This document shows positions 47,526 to 57,595 of a stretch of DNA of 64,000 bases, piece by piece (positions within the stretch are counted from its first letter, which is position 1; every line of letters starts with the position of its first letter). Made by a program: the position numbers and the translations under genes. A model generated the notes under the pieces. The model saw only the letters and a list, made by a program, of their open reading frames with translations. It searched no databases and had not been told where the DNA came from. The DNA is from Myxococcota bacterium (lineage in GTDB: Bacteria; Myxococcota_A; UBA9160; UBA4427). The DNA lies in assembly GCA_965250285.1 (NCBI GenBank), contig OZ252299.1, positions 3,680,001 through 3,744,000 of the forward strand, given 5' to 3'.

Positions 47526-47814
47526 CGTGGTTCTCCGATGGGTGGGCTCGAGCGCGAAGATACCGACGCCGGGCGCGCCCGGGTACTGCGTCGGATCCCG
47601 CGTGTCGGGGCCCGGCGCGGACAGCGCGAGAGGCTCCGCGGCGCCCGATGCAGGGCGCTGCCGGTGATGGACAGACCCCGGGGAGGCGTCGCTCGCGGAC
47701 GCCGTCTCTGTCATCATCGGGGGCCGGCTGCGCGATCGAGGTCGCTGACCACGACGATGCGCGGCCCCCGCGCCCCCCTCCCAACTGGCCCCAAAAGAAG
47801 GATTCGAACCCCAG

Positions 47815-48453
47815 ATGATCACGCTCTACGGCGCCAACGCGTCCCCGTTCGTTCGCAAGACCATGGCCGTGCTCGCTCTCAAGCAGGTCCCCTATGAACA
47901 CGTACCGTCGATGCCGTTCTCGGGCGACCCCGAGCTGGCCAAGGTCAGCCCGCTGAGCAAGGTGCCCGCGCTGGTCGACGGCGATCTCAACATCGCCGAC
48001 TCGAAGGTCATCTGCCGATACCTCGAGACGGCCTACCCCGACACGCCCGTGTACCCGACCGACGAGCAGCAGCGCGCCCGGGCGGATTGGCTCGAGGAGT
48101 ATGGCGGCACCGTGCTCGCCGAGTCGGCGGCCGGCATCTTCTTCCACCGCTTCATGGTCCCGAACGTGTTCAAGCGTCCGGTCGACGAGGAAGCCGTGAG
48201 CAAGATCATCGACGAAAAGCTGCCGCCGCTGCTCGACTATCTCGAGAGTCAGGTGCCGGCCGATGGGTTCATCTTCGGCGACCTCACCGTCGCCGACCTG
48301 GCCCTCGCCTCTCCGTTCGTCAACGCGGGTTACGCCGGGTACACCGTCGACGCCGAACGGTGGCCGAACTTCGCAGGCCTGGTCGACCGCGTGAAGGCGC
48401 ACCCGGTCATGGCCGAGCTGCTGAAGACCGAAGCGGCGGCGTTCGGCGGCTAG
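47815..48453 (+). CDS. Glutathione S-transferase family protein
   Basis: SPFVRK, SPLSKVPAL, DSKVICRYLE, LTVADLA. Confidence 0.9.
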   Translation: MITLYGANASPFVRKTMAVLALKQVPYEHVPSMPFSGDPELAKVSPLSKVPALVDGDLNIADSKVICRYLETAYPDTPVYPTDEQQRARADWLEEYGGTVLAESAAGIFFHRFMVPNVFKRPVDEEAVSKIIDEKLPPLLDYLESQVPADGFIFGDLTVADLALASPFVNAGYAGYTVDAERWPNFAGLVDRVKAHPVMAELLKTEAAAFGG

Positions 48454-48694
48454 GGAACCTCTGCACAGTCCGTCTTGCCAGGGCCGGGGCAGGCGGGGGC
48501 ACCGTGCTCAGACATGCTCGGCGCGATCAGGCTGGGAAGCGCATTTGCTGCGCACGTCGCGCCTGCGAACTGCGCGCGGTACCCCCGCCTGCCCCGGCCT
48601 CGGAACGCCTCGGTCGCGGCGCGGCACTCTCGGCGCTGGTCTGGGATGAGGGGAGCGAGCTCTGCAGCGCATCCCTAGCCCCCCTGCCGAGCGT

Positions 48695-50143
48695 TCAGTG
48701 CGGCAGGATCTCGCGGATGAAGTCGTTCGTAAAGCGTCCCTCGGGATCGGCGTCGCGCGCGGCCGCCGTGAATTCGTCGACGGCTGCATCGCCGTAGAGT
48801 CGTCGCACGTCCTCGGCGCTGAGATAGAAGAGCTTGCCGAAGTGCGGACGGGCGTCGAAAGCGGCAGCGAGGGCGCGCGTCAAGAACGATGCGTAGGCTT
48901 CGAACGGCCCGATCTCGCGGGCGTAGCTGAAGAAGCTGATCGTGTAGACCGGGCCGCCCGACGACTGCGAGAGCAGTGTGTCGTCGCGTTTCACACGCCG
49001 AAATGACATCGGGTAGTTGAGCGTGAAGGTGCCGCTTTGCTGCTCGAGCTCATCGCGCAGACTCGCTCGATCGAGCGCCTGCGCGACGGCTGTCGGCGGC
49101 TCGACCGGCTCGCCGGCGAAGCGCTGCGTCACGAACCGGACGAGCGTCGCGGCCGATGCGATGTGATGTTCGGGCACCGCGATCTCGCACTCGACGTGGC
49201 GATAGAGATGGTGCGCGAGCGTCAAGGCCCGGTCGCTTCGATCGAGCTTCGGCGTGTTGCGCAGCAGCAGAGGGCCCACGGCCACTCGGTAGAGCCACCG
49301 CAGCCGCGCTGGGCGGTCGAGGAGGTGCCCCGCCTTCGACATCAGCCAGTGAAAGCCGTGGTCCACGAACGCGAAGTAAGCGGTACGCCGGAGCCAGGCG
49401 CGCACGCGCGCGCGGCGTGATGGCGGACCGATGACCGGATGGCGGTGGAAGGCGACGAATCGCCAGTCGAAGGGCAGCCACAGAAAGTACTGAAGCGGCT
49501 CGGCCCCCAGCTGTTCGAGCACGTCTTCGATGCGGGACCACCGTTTCACGCGCTCACCCACGGTGTACTGACGCCGGCACGCGATGCGAACGCCGACGAC
49601 GAGCCCGAACGCACCGAGCCCGCAGCGCGCGGCCAGGAGCGCTCGCATGGCGCGTTCGGCATCTGGCTCGTCGGGATCGACGTCGTCGAGCGAGAGGGTC
49701 TCGACGACGGCTCGCCCGTCGCGAAAGCGCGCGATCTCGAGCCCGCGAACGTGGTGCGAGATCGAGTGCTGCCCGGAGCCATGGGTCCCCGTCGCGATGG
49801 CGCCCGCAATCGTCTGCTCGAGCACGCCACCGATGGCCGGCAGCGTCGCGTCGGCATCTTGTTGAAGGACGTGCACGAGCTTTCGCATCGTGCATCCCGC
49901 GCCCACCCTCGCTTCGAGGCCACCGTCGTGGCTCCGTGCGAGCTCGACCGAGTCGAGCCGCGACAGATCGACCAGCACCTGATCGACCTCGATCACCCGG
50001 CTCCACGAGTGCAACGAGCCGATCGCACGAATGGATCGGGTGCGGTGCTTCTCGAGCACGCGCAGCACCTCGCGTACGCTCGAAGGTCGCTCGATTTCTT
50101 CCGGGTCGAGCAGGACGTTGCCACCGAAGTTGCGCTTCGACAC
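48695..50143 (-). CDS. FAD-linked oxidase, aldonolactone oxidase (GULO/ALO)-like
   Basis: GSLHSW (covalent-FAD His position), QTIAGAIATGTHGSG, RPHFGK, DPEGRF.N; GTG start after GGAGG. Confidence 0.82.
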   Translation of the reverse strand: MSKRNFGGNVLLDPEEIERPSSVREVLRVLEKHRTRSIRAIGSLHSWSRVIEVDQVLVDLSRLDSVELARSHDGGLEARVGAGCTMRKLVHVLQQDADATLPAIGGVLEQTIAGAIATGTHGSGQHSISHHVRGLEIARFRDGRAVVETLSLDDVDPDEPDAERAMRALLAARCGLGAFGLVVGVRIACRRQYTVGERVKRWSRIEDVLEQLGAEPLQYFLWLPFDWRFVAFHRHPVIGPPSRRARVRAWLRRTAYFAFVDHGFHWLMSKAGHLLDRPARLRWLYRVAVGPLLLRNTPKLDRSDRALTLAHHLYRHVECEIAVPEHHIASAATLVRFVTQRFAGEPVEPPTAVAQALDRASLRDELEQQSGTFTLNYPMSFRRVKRDDTLLSQSSGGPVYTISFFSYAREIGPFEAYASFLTRALAAAFDARPHFGKLFYLSAEDVRRLYGDAAVDEFTAAARDADPEGRFTNDFIREILPH

Positions 50144-50409
50144 CGGTGCGCCTCCATACTCGGCGGGGCGGGCGATGCTGCGCGCCCTGCCCGGGACGCC
50201 TCCGATCCCACACCGGCCCTCGCAGGCGGGACGCGGTCTTCGCGTGGTCGGCTTCGACCACGTTCGATGTTCGACCTCGCGCTCCCGCATTTCAACCGCT
50301 CATTTCGTATCCCAGACGACACGGGGCGCACGCCGCGCGGTGATAGAATCAGAGCAGCGTCCGACGAACGTGCCGTTTTGCAGCTGGTCCTGGAGCCCTC
50401 CCCCCGCTC

Positions 50410-53076
50410 ATGGCATTCAGAGTCAAGATCCCCTGGCTGGTCGATGTGTTCCTCGTCTGGCGTCCACTCGAGATTCGAGAGCTCGAGGCGACCGACGCCA
50501 TCGACCGCCCCGTGCCCGATGCAGGCGCATGGCTCAATCGGCGCATCGGCCGGCGTATGGATCCCGGCCTGCGCTTCGACGGCGTGTTGCTGCGTGTCTT
50601 TCGCAGCCGTGACGACGTGACGCGACGCGGGCCGAACGGCCGAAGCGCCCGGTTCTCTGGACTGCCGACGCACGACCCCGCGCGGCGCGCCCACCTCGTG
50701 TCGCAGCTCGCACGCTACGTCGCGGGCTACCCGGGGCCCCGCAGCGTCGGCAGCCTGATACAGGAGGCGCTCGGCACCCAGTTCGTGCCCGAGTACCGGT
50801 CGACCGAATCGCTCTACGCGGCGGCGCGGCGTATGGAGCGATGGTTCGGGATCGGGTCTGCTCTGGGGCTCGGCGCGCGACGACTCGCTTCGGCTCGGCG
50901 ACGCCTCCACTCGGCCGCCGCCGGCGACCTCGACTGCTTTCATGCAACGACCTTCGCCGTACACTCGGCGGTCGACGCCATCGAGCGGATGCGCGCGCAC
51001 GTGCTCGACGACCGAACACGCCGGCTCGCCGCTCTCGAGGCCGTCGATCGTTGCGCCCGCCCGCCGAAGCGGGCGCTGCGCACGAGCGTCCGGGCGTTTC
51101 AGCCGAGCTTCCGTCGCTCCCCGCTTCCTGCGCATGTCCTCGTCGTCTATGCCACGCGACGCGCGCATCGCATCGATTCGACGCTCGTCGATCCCTTCGC
51201 GGGCCACACGTGGAGCGAGTGCCCCGGCGATGACATGGTGCGCGCCCTGCTGCGCGACGTGTGGGAGGCGCGCCGCGCCGACTACCCGATCATCGCCCCG
51301 CGCGTGTGGTGCTATGAGCGGCTGGCACGGTTCGTTGGCGAGCGGCTACTCGGCGCCTTCACGTGGCACAAGCTGCCGGGGCTGCTCGGCGTGACGCGCC
51401 TCGTCGGCTTCCGCACGATCCTGCGCGAGCGCGTGCTCCTCGATGGCCAGCCCGCAGCCCAGGGCCCCGCCCCCACCCCGACTCGCAGCCAGCTCGCCCA
51501 CCGCAGCGCCGACGGCACGTTCAACGATCTCGACGTGCCCGACATGGGCGCCGCGGGACAGCGCTTCGCACGCAACGTCCCGCCCACGGCGCCGGCGGCG
51601 GGCGACTTGCTCGACCCCAATCCCCGCGCCGTGAGCGCCGCGCTCATGACACGAAAAGCGTTCGTCCCGGCGCCGACGCTCAACGTGCTGGCCGCGGCAT
51701 GGATCCAGTTCATGGTGCACGGCTGGTTCAACCACGATCCCGACGAGCACCGCACGATCGCACTCAGCCCGTCCGGTCATGCCGACGACCCATTCGGCGA
51801 GGCGACACTCGACATCCCCGCGAGCAAGCCGTCGCCCAGCCAAGTCGGTGAGCCCGAGAGCCTCGGTCCGTTCTTCGACAACACCGAGACGCATTGGTGG
51901 GATGGCTCGCAGCTCTACGGCAGCGACCCGGTGCTCGCCGAGGCGCTGCGCGCCCCCAGCGGTGGCCACCTCTTGCTGCCGAACGGCTATCTGCCGCTCG
52001 ACGAAGCCGGCCTCGAGCGTTCGGGCTTCGTCACCAACTGGTGGATCGGCCTCGGCGTGATGCACACGCTCTTTGCGCGCGAGCACAACGCGGTCTGCGA
52101 TCATCTCGCCCGAGCCCACCCGGGCTGGAGCAGCGACGAGCTCTACGGTCGCGCCCGGCTGGTGATCGCGGCGCTGATCGCGAAGATTCACACGCTCGAG
52201 TGGACCCCGGCCATCCTCGACCAGCCGGCGCTTCATCTCACCGGGCTCACGACATGGCAAGGCGTGCTCCGCCGGCTCCCCGACCACGTCTTCCCCCGCG
52301 AACGTTTCCGATCGGATCTCTGGCGCGGCGTGCCCGGCTCGGAGTCGACGCATCACGGCGTCCGCTACGCGATGACCGAAGAGTTCGTGTCGGTCTATCG
52401 CATGCACCAGCTGCTGCCCGACTGGTTCGAGTTTCGCCGCGTCGAGGACGACGTCGACGTCTGCGGGGCGGGCCTCGACCGTTTGCTCGGGGCGGACGCC
52501 GCCCGCGTCCTTCGGCGCGTCGGCCTCGAGAGCAGCTTCTATTCGCTCGGCATCGCCCATGCGGGTGCGATCGTGCTCGACAACTTCCCCGCGACCCTCC
52601 AGCACTTTCGACGCGCCGGTGAGTTCGACCTCGACCTTGCGGCCGTCGACATCCTGCGCGACCGCGAGCGGGGCGTGCCCCGCTACAACGCATTCCGCGA
52701 GCGGCTGCTGCTGCCCCCGATTCGTCGCTTCGAGGATCTCACCGACGACCGCTCGCTCGTGCAGCGGCTGAAGGCTGCCTACGGCGACGACGTCGACAAG
52801 CTCGACCTCCAGGTCGGGATGTGCGCCGAGGCCAAGCCAGCTGGCTTCGGTTTCGGCGAGACGGCCTTCCGCGTGTTCACGCTGATGGCGGTGCGGCGGC
52901 TCAAGAGCGACCGCTTCTTCACCACCGACTACAACGAACAGACGTACTCGCGCGAAGGGCTCGAGTGGATCGCGAACAACACCTTCGCGAGCGTCCTGGC
53001 GCGTCACGTCCCAAGCGCCGCGACGCGCGCGCAGCAGGCCGCGAACTGCTTCGCGCCGTGGCCGACGAACCGCTGA
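50410..53076 (+). CDS. Heme peroxidase-cyclooxygenase family protein (fatty-acid alpha-dioxygenase type) fused to an N-terminal P450-like domain
   Basis: R..DG.FNDL, WIQFMVH, THWWDGSQLYG, FAREHN, KIHTLEWT, EEFVSVYRMH, RDRERGVPRYN, RRLKSDRFFT; N-terminal ~290 aa ending PFAGHTWSECPG. Confidence 0.88.
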   Translation: MAFRVKIPWLVDVFLVWRPLEIRELEATDAIDRPVPDAGAWLNRRIGRRMDPGLRFDGVLLRVFRSRDDVTRRGPNGRSARFSGLPTHDPARRAHLVSQLARYVAGYPGPRSVGSLIQEALGTQFVPEYRSTESLYAAARRMERWFGIGSALGLGARRLASARRRLHSAAAGDLDCFHATTFAVHSAVDAIERMRAHVLDDRTRRLAALEAVDRCARPPKRALRTSVRAFQPSFRRSPLPAHVLVVYATRRAHRIDSTLVDPFAGHTWSECPGDDMVRALLRDVWEARRADYPIIAPRVWCYERLARFVGERLLGAFTWHKLPGLLGVTRLVGFRTILRERVLLDGQPAAQGPAPTPTRSQLAHRSADGTFNDLDVPDMGAAGQRFARNVPPTAPAAGDLLDPNPRAVSAALMTRKAFVPAPTLNVLAAAWIQFMVHGWFNHDPDEHRTIALSPSGHADDPFGEATLDIPASKPSPSQVGEPESLGPFFDNTETHWWDGSQLYGSDPVLAEALRAPSGGHLLLPNGYLPLDEAGLERSGFVTNWWIGLGVMHTLFAREHNAVCDHLARAHPGWSSDELYGRARLVIAALIAKIHTLEWTPAILDQPALHLTGLTTWQGVLRRLPDHVFPRERFRSDLWRGVPGSESTHHGVRYAMTEEFVSVYRMHQLLPDWFEFRRVEDDVDVCGAGLDRLLGADAARVLRRVGLESSFYSLGIAHAGAIVLDNFPATLQHFRRAGEFDLDLAAVDILRDRERGVPRYNAFRERLLLPPIRRFEDLTDDRSLVQRLKAAYGDDVDKLDLQVGMCAEAKPAGFGFGETAFRVFTLMAVRRLKSDRFFTTDYNEQTYSREGLEWIANNTFASVLARHVPSAATRAQQAANCFAPWPTNR

Positions 53077-53111
53077 GCGGCGGGCCCCCATCCCGACGGG
53101 AGGACCAAGAG

Positions 53112-54515
53112 ATGCACGCGAACTACGAGGTCAAGAACTGGGGCGGCACGATCACGTCGCATCCGTCGCGACTCGAGCGACCGTCGTCGATCGACCAGAT
53201 CCAAGACATCATCCGGAACGAGCGCGACTACCCGTCGCCGGTGCGTGCCGTCGGCTCGAATCACTCGACGACGCGATGTGGCGTCGCCGACGGCGGGACG
53301 CTGCTCGAGATGTGCGACGTCGACCACATCCATGTCGACCCCGACGCCTGCGAGGTCACCGCAGGCGCCGGCGCGATCTACATCGACGTCGCAGAGGCCG
53401 TGGCCGAGCACGGCTTCCAGCTCTTCGTGAACCCCGAGATCGGCAACGTCTCGGTGGGCAGCGCGTGCTGCGGGGGGACGAAGGACGCGTCGATGCCGGG
53501 TGAGAAACCCCAGCTCTCGAGCTACTGCGTGCGCATGAAGGTCGTCCGATCGAACGGCACGATCGCGACGATTCACGAGGGTGATGACGAGATGCAGATC
53601 ATGCGATCGAGCTACGGCATGCTCGGCATCGTCTACGAAGCCACCTTTCGCATCAAGCCGACCGTCGCAATGCGGTTCTCGCACGAGAGCATGAGCGTGG
53701 AAGCGTTCATCCGAAACTTCGACGAGATCAGGCAGAAGCCCTGCTCGATGATGCTCTACGTGCTGCCGTTCCGAGATCGCATCGTCATCGAATACCGCGA
53801 AGAGGTCGAGGATGGCCCCTTCTTTCGCAGCGACGCGCTGAAGTGGTGGCTACGCAACAAGGTCTGGAGCTTCATCGCGCCCGCCTTCGGCCGACTCTGC
53901 TCGTTCTGGATCCCGTTTCGACGCCCACGCTACGCGTTGGTCAATCTCTTCAACGATCTCGTCATCTGGGTGCTCTGCAATGTGCTCGAAGGCCGGGGCA
54001 GTCACCCGAAGGATCAGATCATCCGGTATCCCGACAAGGGAGGCTGGGGGATGTACACGTTCAGCATCTGGGCGTTTCCCGAGGAGCGGTTCCCCGAGAC
54101 CGTTCGAGACTACGTCGCCTTCTGCAAGCGCTACGACCGCGACCATGGGTACCGGTGCAACATGCTGAACGTCGGGTACCGCTTCGCTCAGGACGAGGGC
54201 TCGATCCTCTCGTACTCGTACACGGGCGACATGTGGAGCCTCGACGTGGTCTCGACGGGCGACGACGGGTGGGACCGCTTCGTTTGGAGCTACAACCGCT
54301 TCTGCAGCGAGAAGCGGGGCAAGCCGCTCTTCAATCAGACTCGCTCGATCACGCCCGAACAGGCCGCGGACGCTTTCCCCGGCCTGCTGGAGCAGTACCG
54401 CCAGGCGATCCTCGACCAGCCGAACTACGAGCGATTCCTGAACCAGTACTTCGCGTGGCTTCTGCGACTCTCGCCGGCATCGGCGGCCGTGCCGGGCGCA
54501 CCCGGCCAACCGTAG
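53112..54515 (+). CDS. FAD-linked oxidase (VAO/aldonolactone oxidase-like)
   Basis: NWG, PVRAVGSNHS, SYGMLGIVYE, GKPLFNQT; GGAGG RBS. Confidence 0.8.
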   Translation: MHANYEVKNWGGTITSHPSRLERPSSIDQIQDIIRNERDYPSPVRAVGSNHSTTRCGVADGGTLLEMCDVDHIHVDPDACEVTAGAGAIYIDVAEAVAEHGFQLFVNPEIGNVSVGSACCGGTKDASMPGEKPQLSSYCVRMKVVRSNGTIATIHEGDDEMQIMRSSYGMLGIVYEATFRIKPTVAMRFSHESMSVEAFIRNFDEIRQKPCSMMLYVLPFRDRIVIEYREEVEDGPFFRSDALKWWLRNKVWSFIAPAFGRLCSFWIPFRRPRYALVNLFNDLVIWVLCNVLEGRGSHPKDQIIRYPDKGGWGMYTFSIWAFPEERFPETVRDYVAFCKRYDRDHGYRCNMLNVGYRFAQDEGSILSYSYTGDMWSLDVVSTGDDGWDRFVWSYNRFCSEKRGKPLFNQTRSITPEQAADAFPGLLEQYRQAILDQPNYERFLNQYFAWLLRLSPASAAVPGAPGQP

Positions 54516-54554
54516 GCGCTCCGCCCGAGCCGGTCCGACGCTCGCGTCGTGCCG

Positions 54555-55643
54555 CTACGTGGTGGGTTGCTGGTGCGGATACCCGCCCTGGATCCACTCG
54601 TCGATGAGGCGGGTCACTTCGGCGGGCGCCTCCTGCTGCATCCAGTGCCCGCACGCCACGGTATGAACCTGCAGCGGCAGGTTGGCGTGGTTGATCATCC
54701 AGTCGGCTCGTTGGGGCGGCACCAGGGGGTCGTACTGGCCCGCGAGAAAGAGGATGGGGACGGCCTGGCTCTGCGCCGCGGTCGGCGACGGCGTGTACTG
54801 CGTCGGCTTCTCGGGCGGCGTCGACGTCGCATTTGCCTCGGCCTGGCGGTACGCGCGCCAGTCCGACCCGAGGTTGCGGTACCAGTTGATTCCGCCGGTG
54901 AAGCCGGTGTGGCTGTACATGTCGATGTAGACCCGAATCTCGTCTTCGGTGAGAAAGGGGAGATCACCGAGCGGCGGATCGTCGAGGAAGATGCCGACGG
55001 GCAGGACGACCAGCTTGTCGCCGAAGACCTTCATCAGCTGGGGAAGCGTCTTCGTCGTCGTTCTCAGGATCGTGCGAAAGACGCGGCCGACGTCTCCCTC
55101 GAGGACTGTCTCGGCCACCGCGTCGTTCGGGAGGACATCACTCAGCTGGCGCTGGAAGCACACGACGTAGTTCTCACCGCCGCGCTTGGCGGCCAGCGCC
55201 TCGATCGGGTTGATCGCGAGCTTCTCTCTCATCGGAATGTTGAGTGAGACGATCGCCTTGCAGAGGCCCGGCTGCATCGCGCGCATCGCGTACGCAAGAT
55301 TGCTGCCCATGTCGTGCCCCACGAAGACGGCCTGTTCGATCTCGAGCTCGCGAAGCAGCGCGACCATGTCGCCCACGAGCGTCTTCATCTGATACTTCGA
55401 GGCGTCCTTGGGCGCGGTCGTGTCTGCGTAGCCGCGCAGGTCGGGGGCGATGGTGCGGTAGCCCCGCTCCCCGAGCGCTTTCAGCTGGTGCCGCCACGAG
55501 TACGCCATCTCGGGAAAGCCGTGAAGGAAGACGATCGCGGGCTTCTCGTCGCTCGGCTCGATCTTGTCGGAGTGCTGGTACACGCACATCTCGATCTCTT
55601 TGTCGATCTGCACGATCGTGTGCGGCGCAAAGTCGAGCGGCAT
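54555..55643 (-). CDS. Epoxide hydrolase (soluble EH-like alpha/beta hydrolase)
   Basis: HGFPE..YSWRHQ, PDLRGY, GHDMG, GFTGGINWYRN, CGHWMQQE. Confidence 0.88.
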   Translation of the reverse strand: MPLDFAPHTIVQIDKEIEMCVYQHSDKIEPSDEKPAIVFLHGFPEMAYSWRHQLKALGERGYRTIAPDLRGYADTTAPKDASKYQMKTLVGDMVALLRELEIEQAVFVGHDMGSNLAYAMRAMQPGLCKAIVSLNIPMREKLAINPIEALAAKRGGENYVVCFQRQLSDVLPNDAVAETVLEGDVGRVFRTILRTTTKTLPQLMKVFGDKLVVLPVGIFLDDPPLGDLPFLTEDEIRVYIDMYSHTGFTGGINWYRNLGSDWRAYRQAEANATSTPPEKPTQYTPSPTAAQSQAVPILFLAGQYDPLVPPQRADWMINHANLPLQVHTVACGHWMQQEAPAEVTRLIDEWIQGGYPHQQPTT

Positions 55644-55797
55644 CGGGGCGACCTCTCCTCGGTCAGTTGAGAAGTCACCATACCCGACGCGTCCCCTCGT
55701 CGACGGAGCGGTTCGAAGAACTGCAAACCGATTTACACACTGGCGCGAGACCGCGTGGGGTCTGCGCCTCACCCCAACACGGGGCGTTCGGGCTTCG

Positions 55798-57300
55798 TCA
55801 GGGGCGAGCCACGCGGCTGCTCACGTAGACCGACGTCGAGGGGTGATGCAGCTTCCACGCGAACCAGTACGCCTGAACGCCGACCATGCGTTCGAAGCGC
55901 TGGCCGTCGGGACCGCTGAGCCCGGCTTCTTCGACGCGCCAGCGCAAACCGGCTGCATCGACGAGGTAGTCGGCATCGGGCTCGCGCACGACGCGCTCGA
56001 AGCGCACCCCCTTCACAGCGTATGCCCGCACTTCGGCACCCGCTTCGTAGCGAAGCCGCAATCGAGTGCGGGCACTGCGCCCATCGACGCGAATCGGCGG
56101 GCGTGGCGCAACGATCACGACGGATCGATCGCCGAGGCGATCCTGCACGAGCCTTTCGCGGGTGAGATCTCGAATGGTGTAGGCGCGCACGTCGTCATCG
56201 GCCTCGAGCCCGAAGACGCGGGTCTTGGGCGGCATCAAGGGCGTCGGCTGCACCGGAAACATGGTGTCGCCCGAGGCGAAGTAGTCGGCGTAGGCCGCGC
56301 CCGGCTCGTAAGGCCGACGATGACCGGTCTGCAGCGAGAGCACCTTCGTCTCGGGGTGTCGACGGCGCCAGTCGCTCCACGTCGTCACGACGCTGGGGAG
56401 GGCCCGCAATCGAACGGCAGGACCGTCGACCAGCGGGCCCAGCACGGGGCGCCCGCTCAGCTGGTCCCACAGCGTGCGCGTCTGGCGGTCGACCATGAGC
56501 TTGTTGCTTCGCATCAACAGCCCCGACGATCCGAAGTCGTACACGGTGCCGTCCGGAGCGCGGCGATCGTATGCGATCCCCGAGCCACAGAGCGTGCAGT
56601 AGGCGAGCGCGATGGGGACACCACCGATCGTGTCGTTCGCCATCTCGTGCCAGTCGAGAATTCGCAGCGGATACGCTCGCGCGTCGCCGTCGACGACGAT
56701 GCCGAAGACGGGCTCCCCCGGTCGCAGGTACGACGCCGCGCCAGCATCGATCATGGTCGGGTCGGCGAGCGCCGGGATCCCCTCGTAGCGCACACCGCCC
56801 CAGACGATCTCCTCGACGCGGATCGCCGAAGGCATGCCCGTCGCGAGGAGCGGCCCGAACGCTGGGTCGATTCTCGAAAGCAGCTGCCCCTTCCAACCCG
56901 TGAAGCCGGGCGGCGGCTCGTGCTCATGGGCGGCATACCAGCTGACCCAAGCGGACCATGCGTCGCCCTGGGACTCGCCGCTCAGCGCTTCGAGCGAGGC
57001 GACCAGCTCATCGCGACGCAGTCCCTCGACGAGGTCGAGATCGTCGGCGCGCAGCAACTCGATGAGCGGGGCGATGAAGCGCGGATCACCCGTCGCGCCG
57101 GCTTGCCGCACGGCCGACCGCGCGGTCGTCGGATCCCGGCTCTTGAGCGCGCCCAGCAGCAGCGCGACTTCGCTCGGGGCCAGCTCGGCGGCGCGGGCGA
57201 TCGTCGGGACGGGCCCGCTCGAGACCATAAGGCCAAGGAGGAGAAGACAAGAAAGAAGATGCGATCGTCCGCGTCCCGGCGGGCCTCGGCGGCTCAGCAT
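55798..57300 (-). CDS. DUF3179 domain protein with N-terminal HEAT-like region
   Basis: GIPAL, RAYPLRIL.WHE..ND, YCTLCGSG, FG.SGLL..SNKLM.DRQT..LW.Q, YWFAW. Confidence 0.82.
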   Translation of the reverse strand: MLSRRGPPGRGRSHLLSCLLLLGLMVSSGPVPTIARAAELAPSEVALLLGALKSRDPTTARSAVRQAGATGDPRFIAPLIELLRADDLDLVEGLRRDELVASLEALSGESQGDAWSAWVSWYAAHEHEPPPGFTGWKGQLLSRIDPAFGPLLATGMPSAIRVEEIVWGGVRYEGIPALADPTMIDAGAASYLRPGEPVFGIVVDGDARAYPLRILDWHEMANDTIGGVPIALAYCTLCGSGIAYDRRAPDGTVYDFGSSGLLMRSNKLMVDRQTRTLWDQLSGRPVLGPLVDGPAVRLRALPSVVTTWSDWRRRHPETKVLSLQTGHRRPYEPGAAYADYFASGDTMFPVQPTPLMPPKTRVFGLEADDDVRAYTIRDLTRERLVQDRLGDRSVVIVAPRPPIRVDGRSARTRLRLRYEAGAEVRAYAVKGVRFERVVREPDADYLVDAAGLRWRVEEAGLSGPDGQRFERMVGVQAYWFAWKLHHPSTSVYVSSRVARP

Positions 57301-57595
57301 GTTTGACTCTACGCCCTCTCGTGGCAGAGGTTACGCCCGACTCGGCCCACGCGACCGACCCGAGAGAAGCGAAAAAACGAGCAAACTCAATAGGTCAAGA
57401 CCCGATCTGCACATGTGTTGCGCATCCGACCGCGGCCCCTTGGGCGACCGCCCCGCGTGCCCCCTTCGGCCTGTCACCCAGTGATGGGCCGGTGGATCTC
57501 CGCTCACGCGATCTCCTCGCGAATGCGGATCGATTTCTCGACACATTCGGTCCTCAGACGAATACGATGGGGTCTCCTGGGAAGGAGAAGTACTT

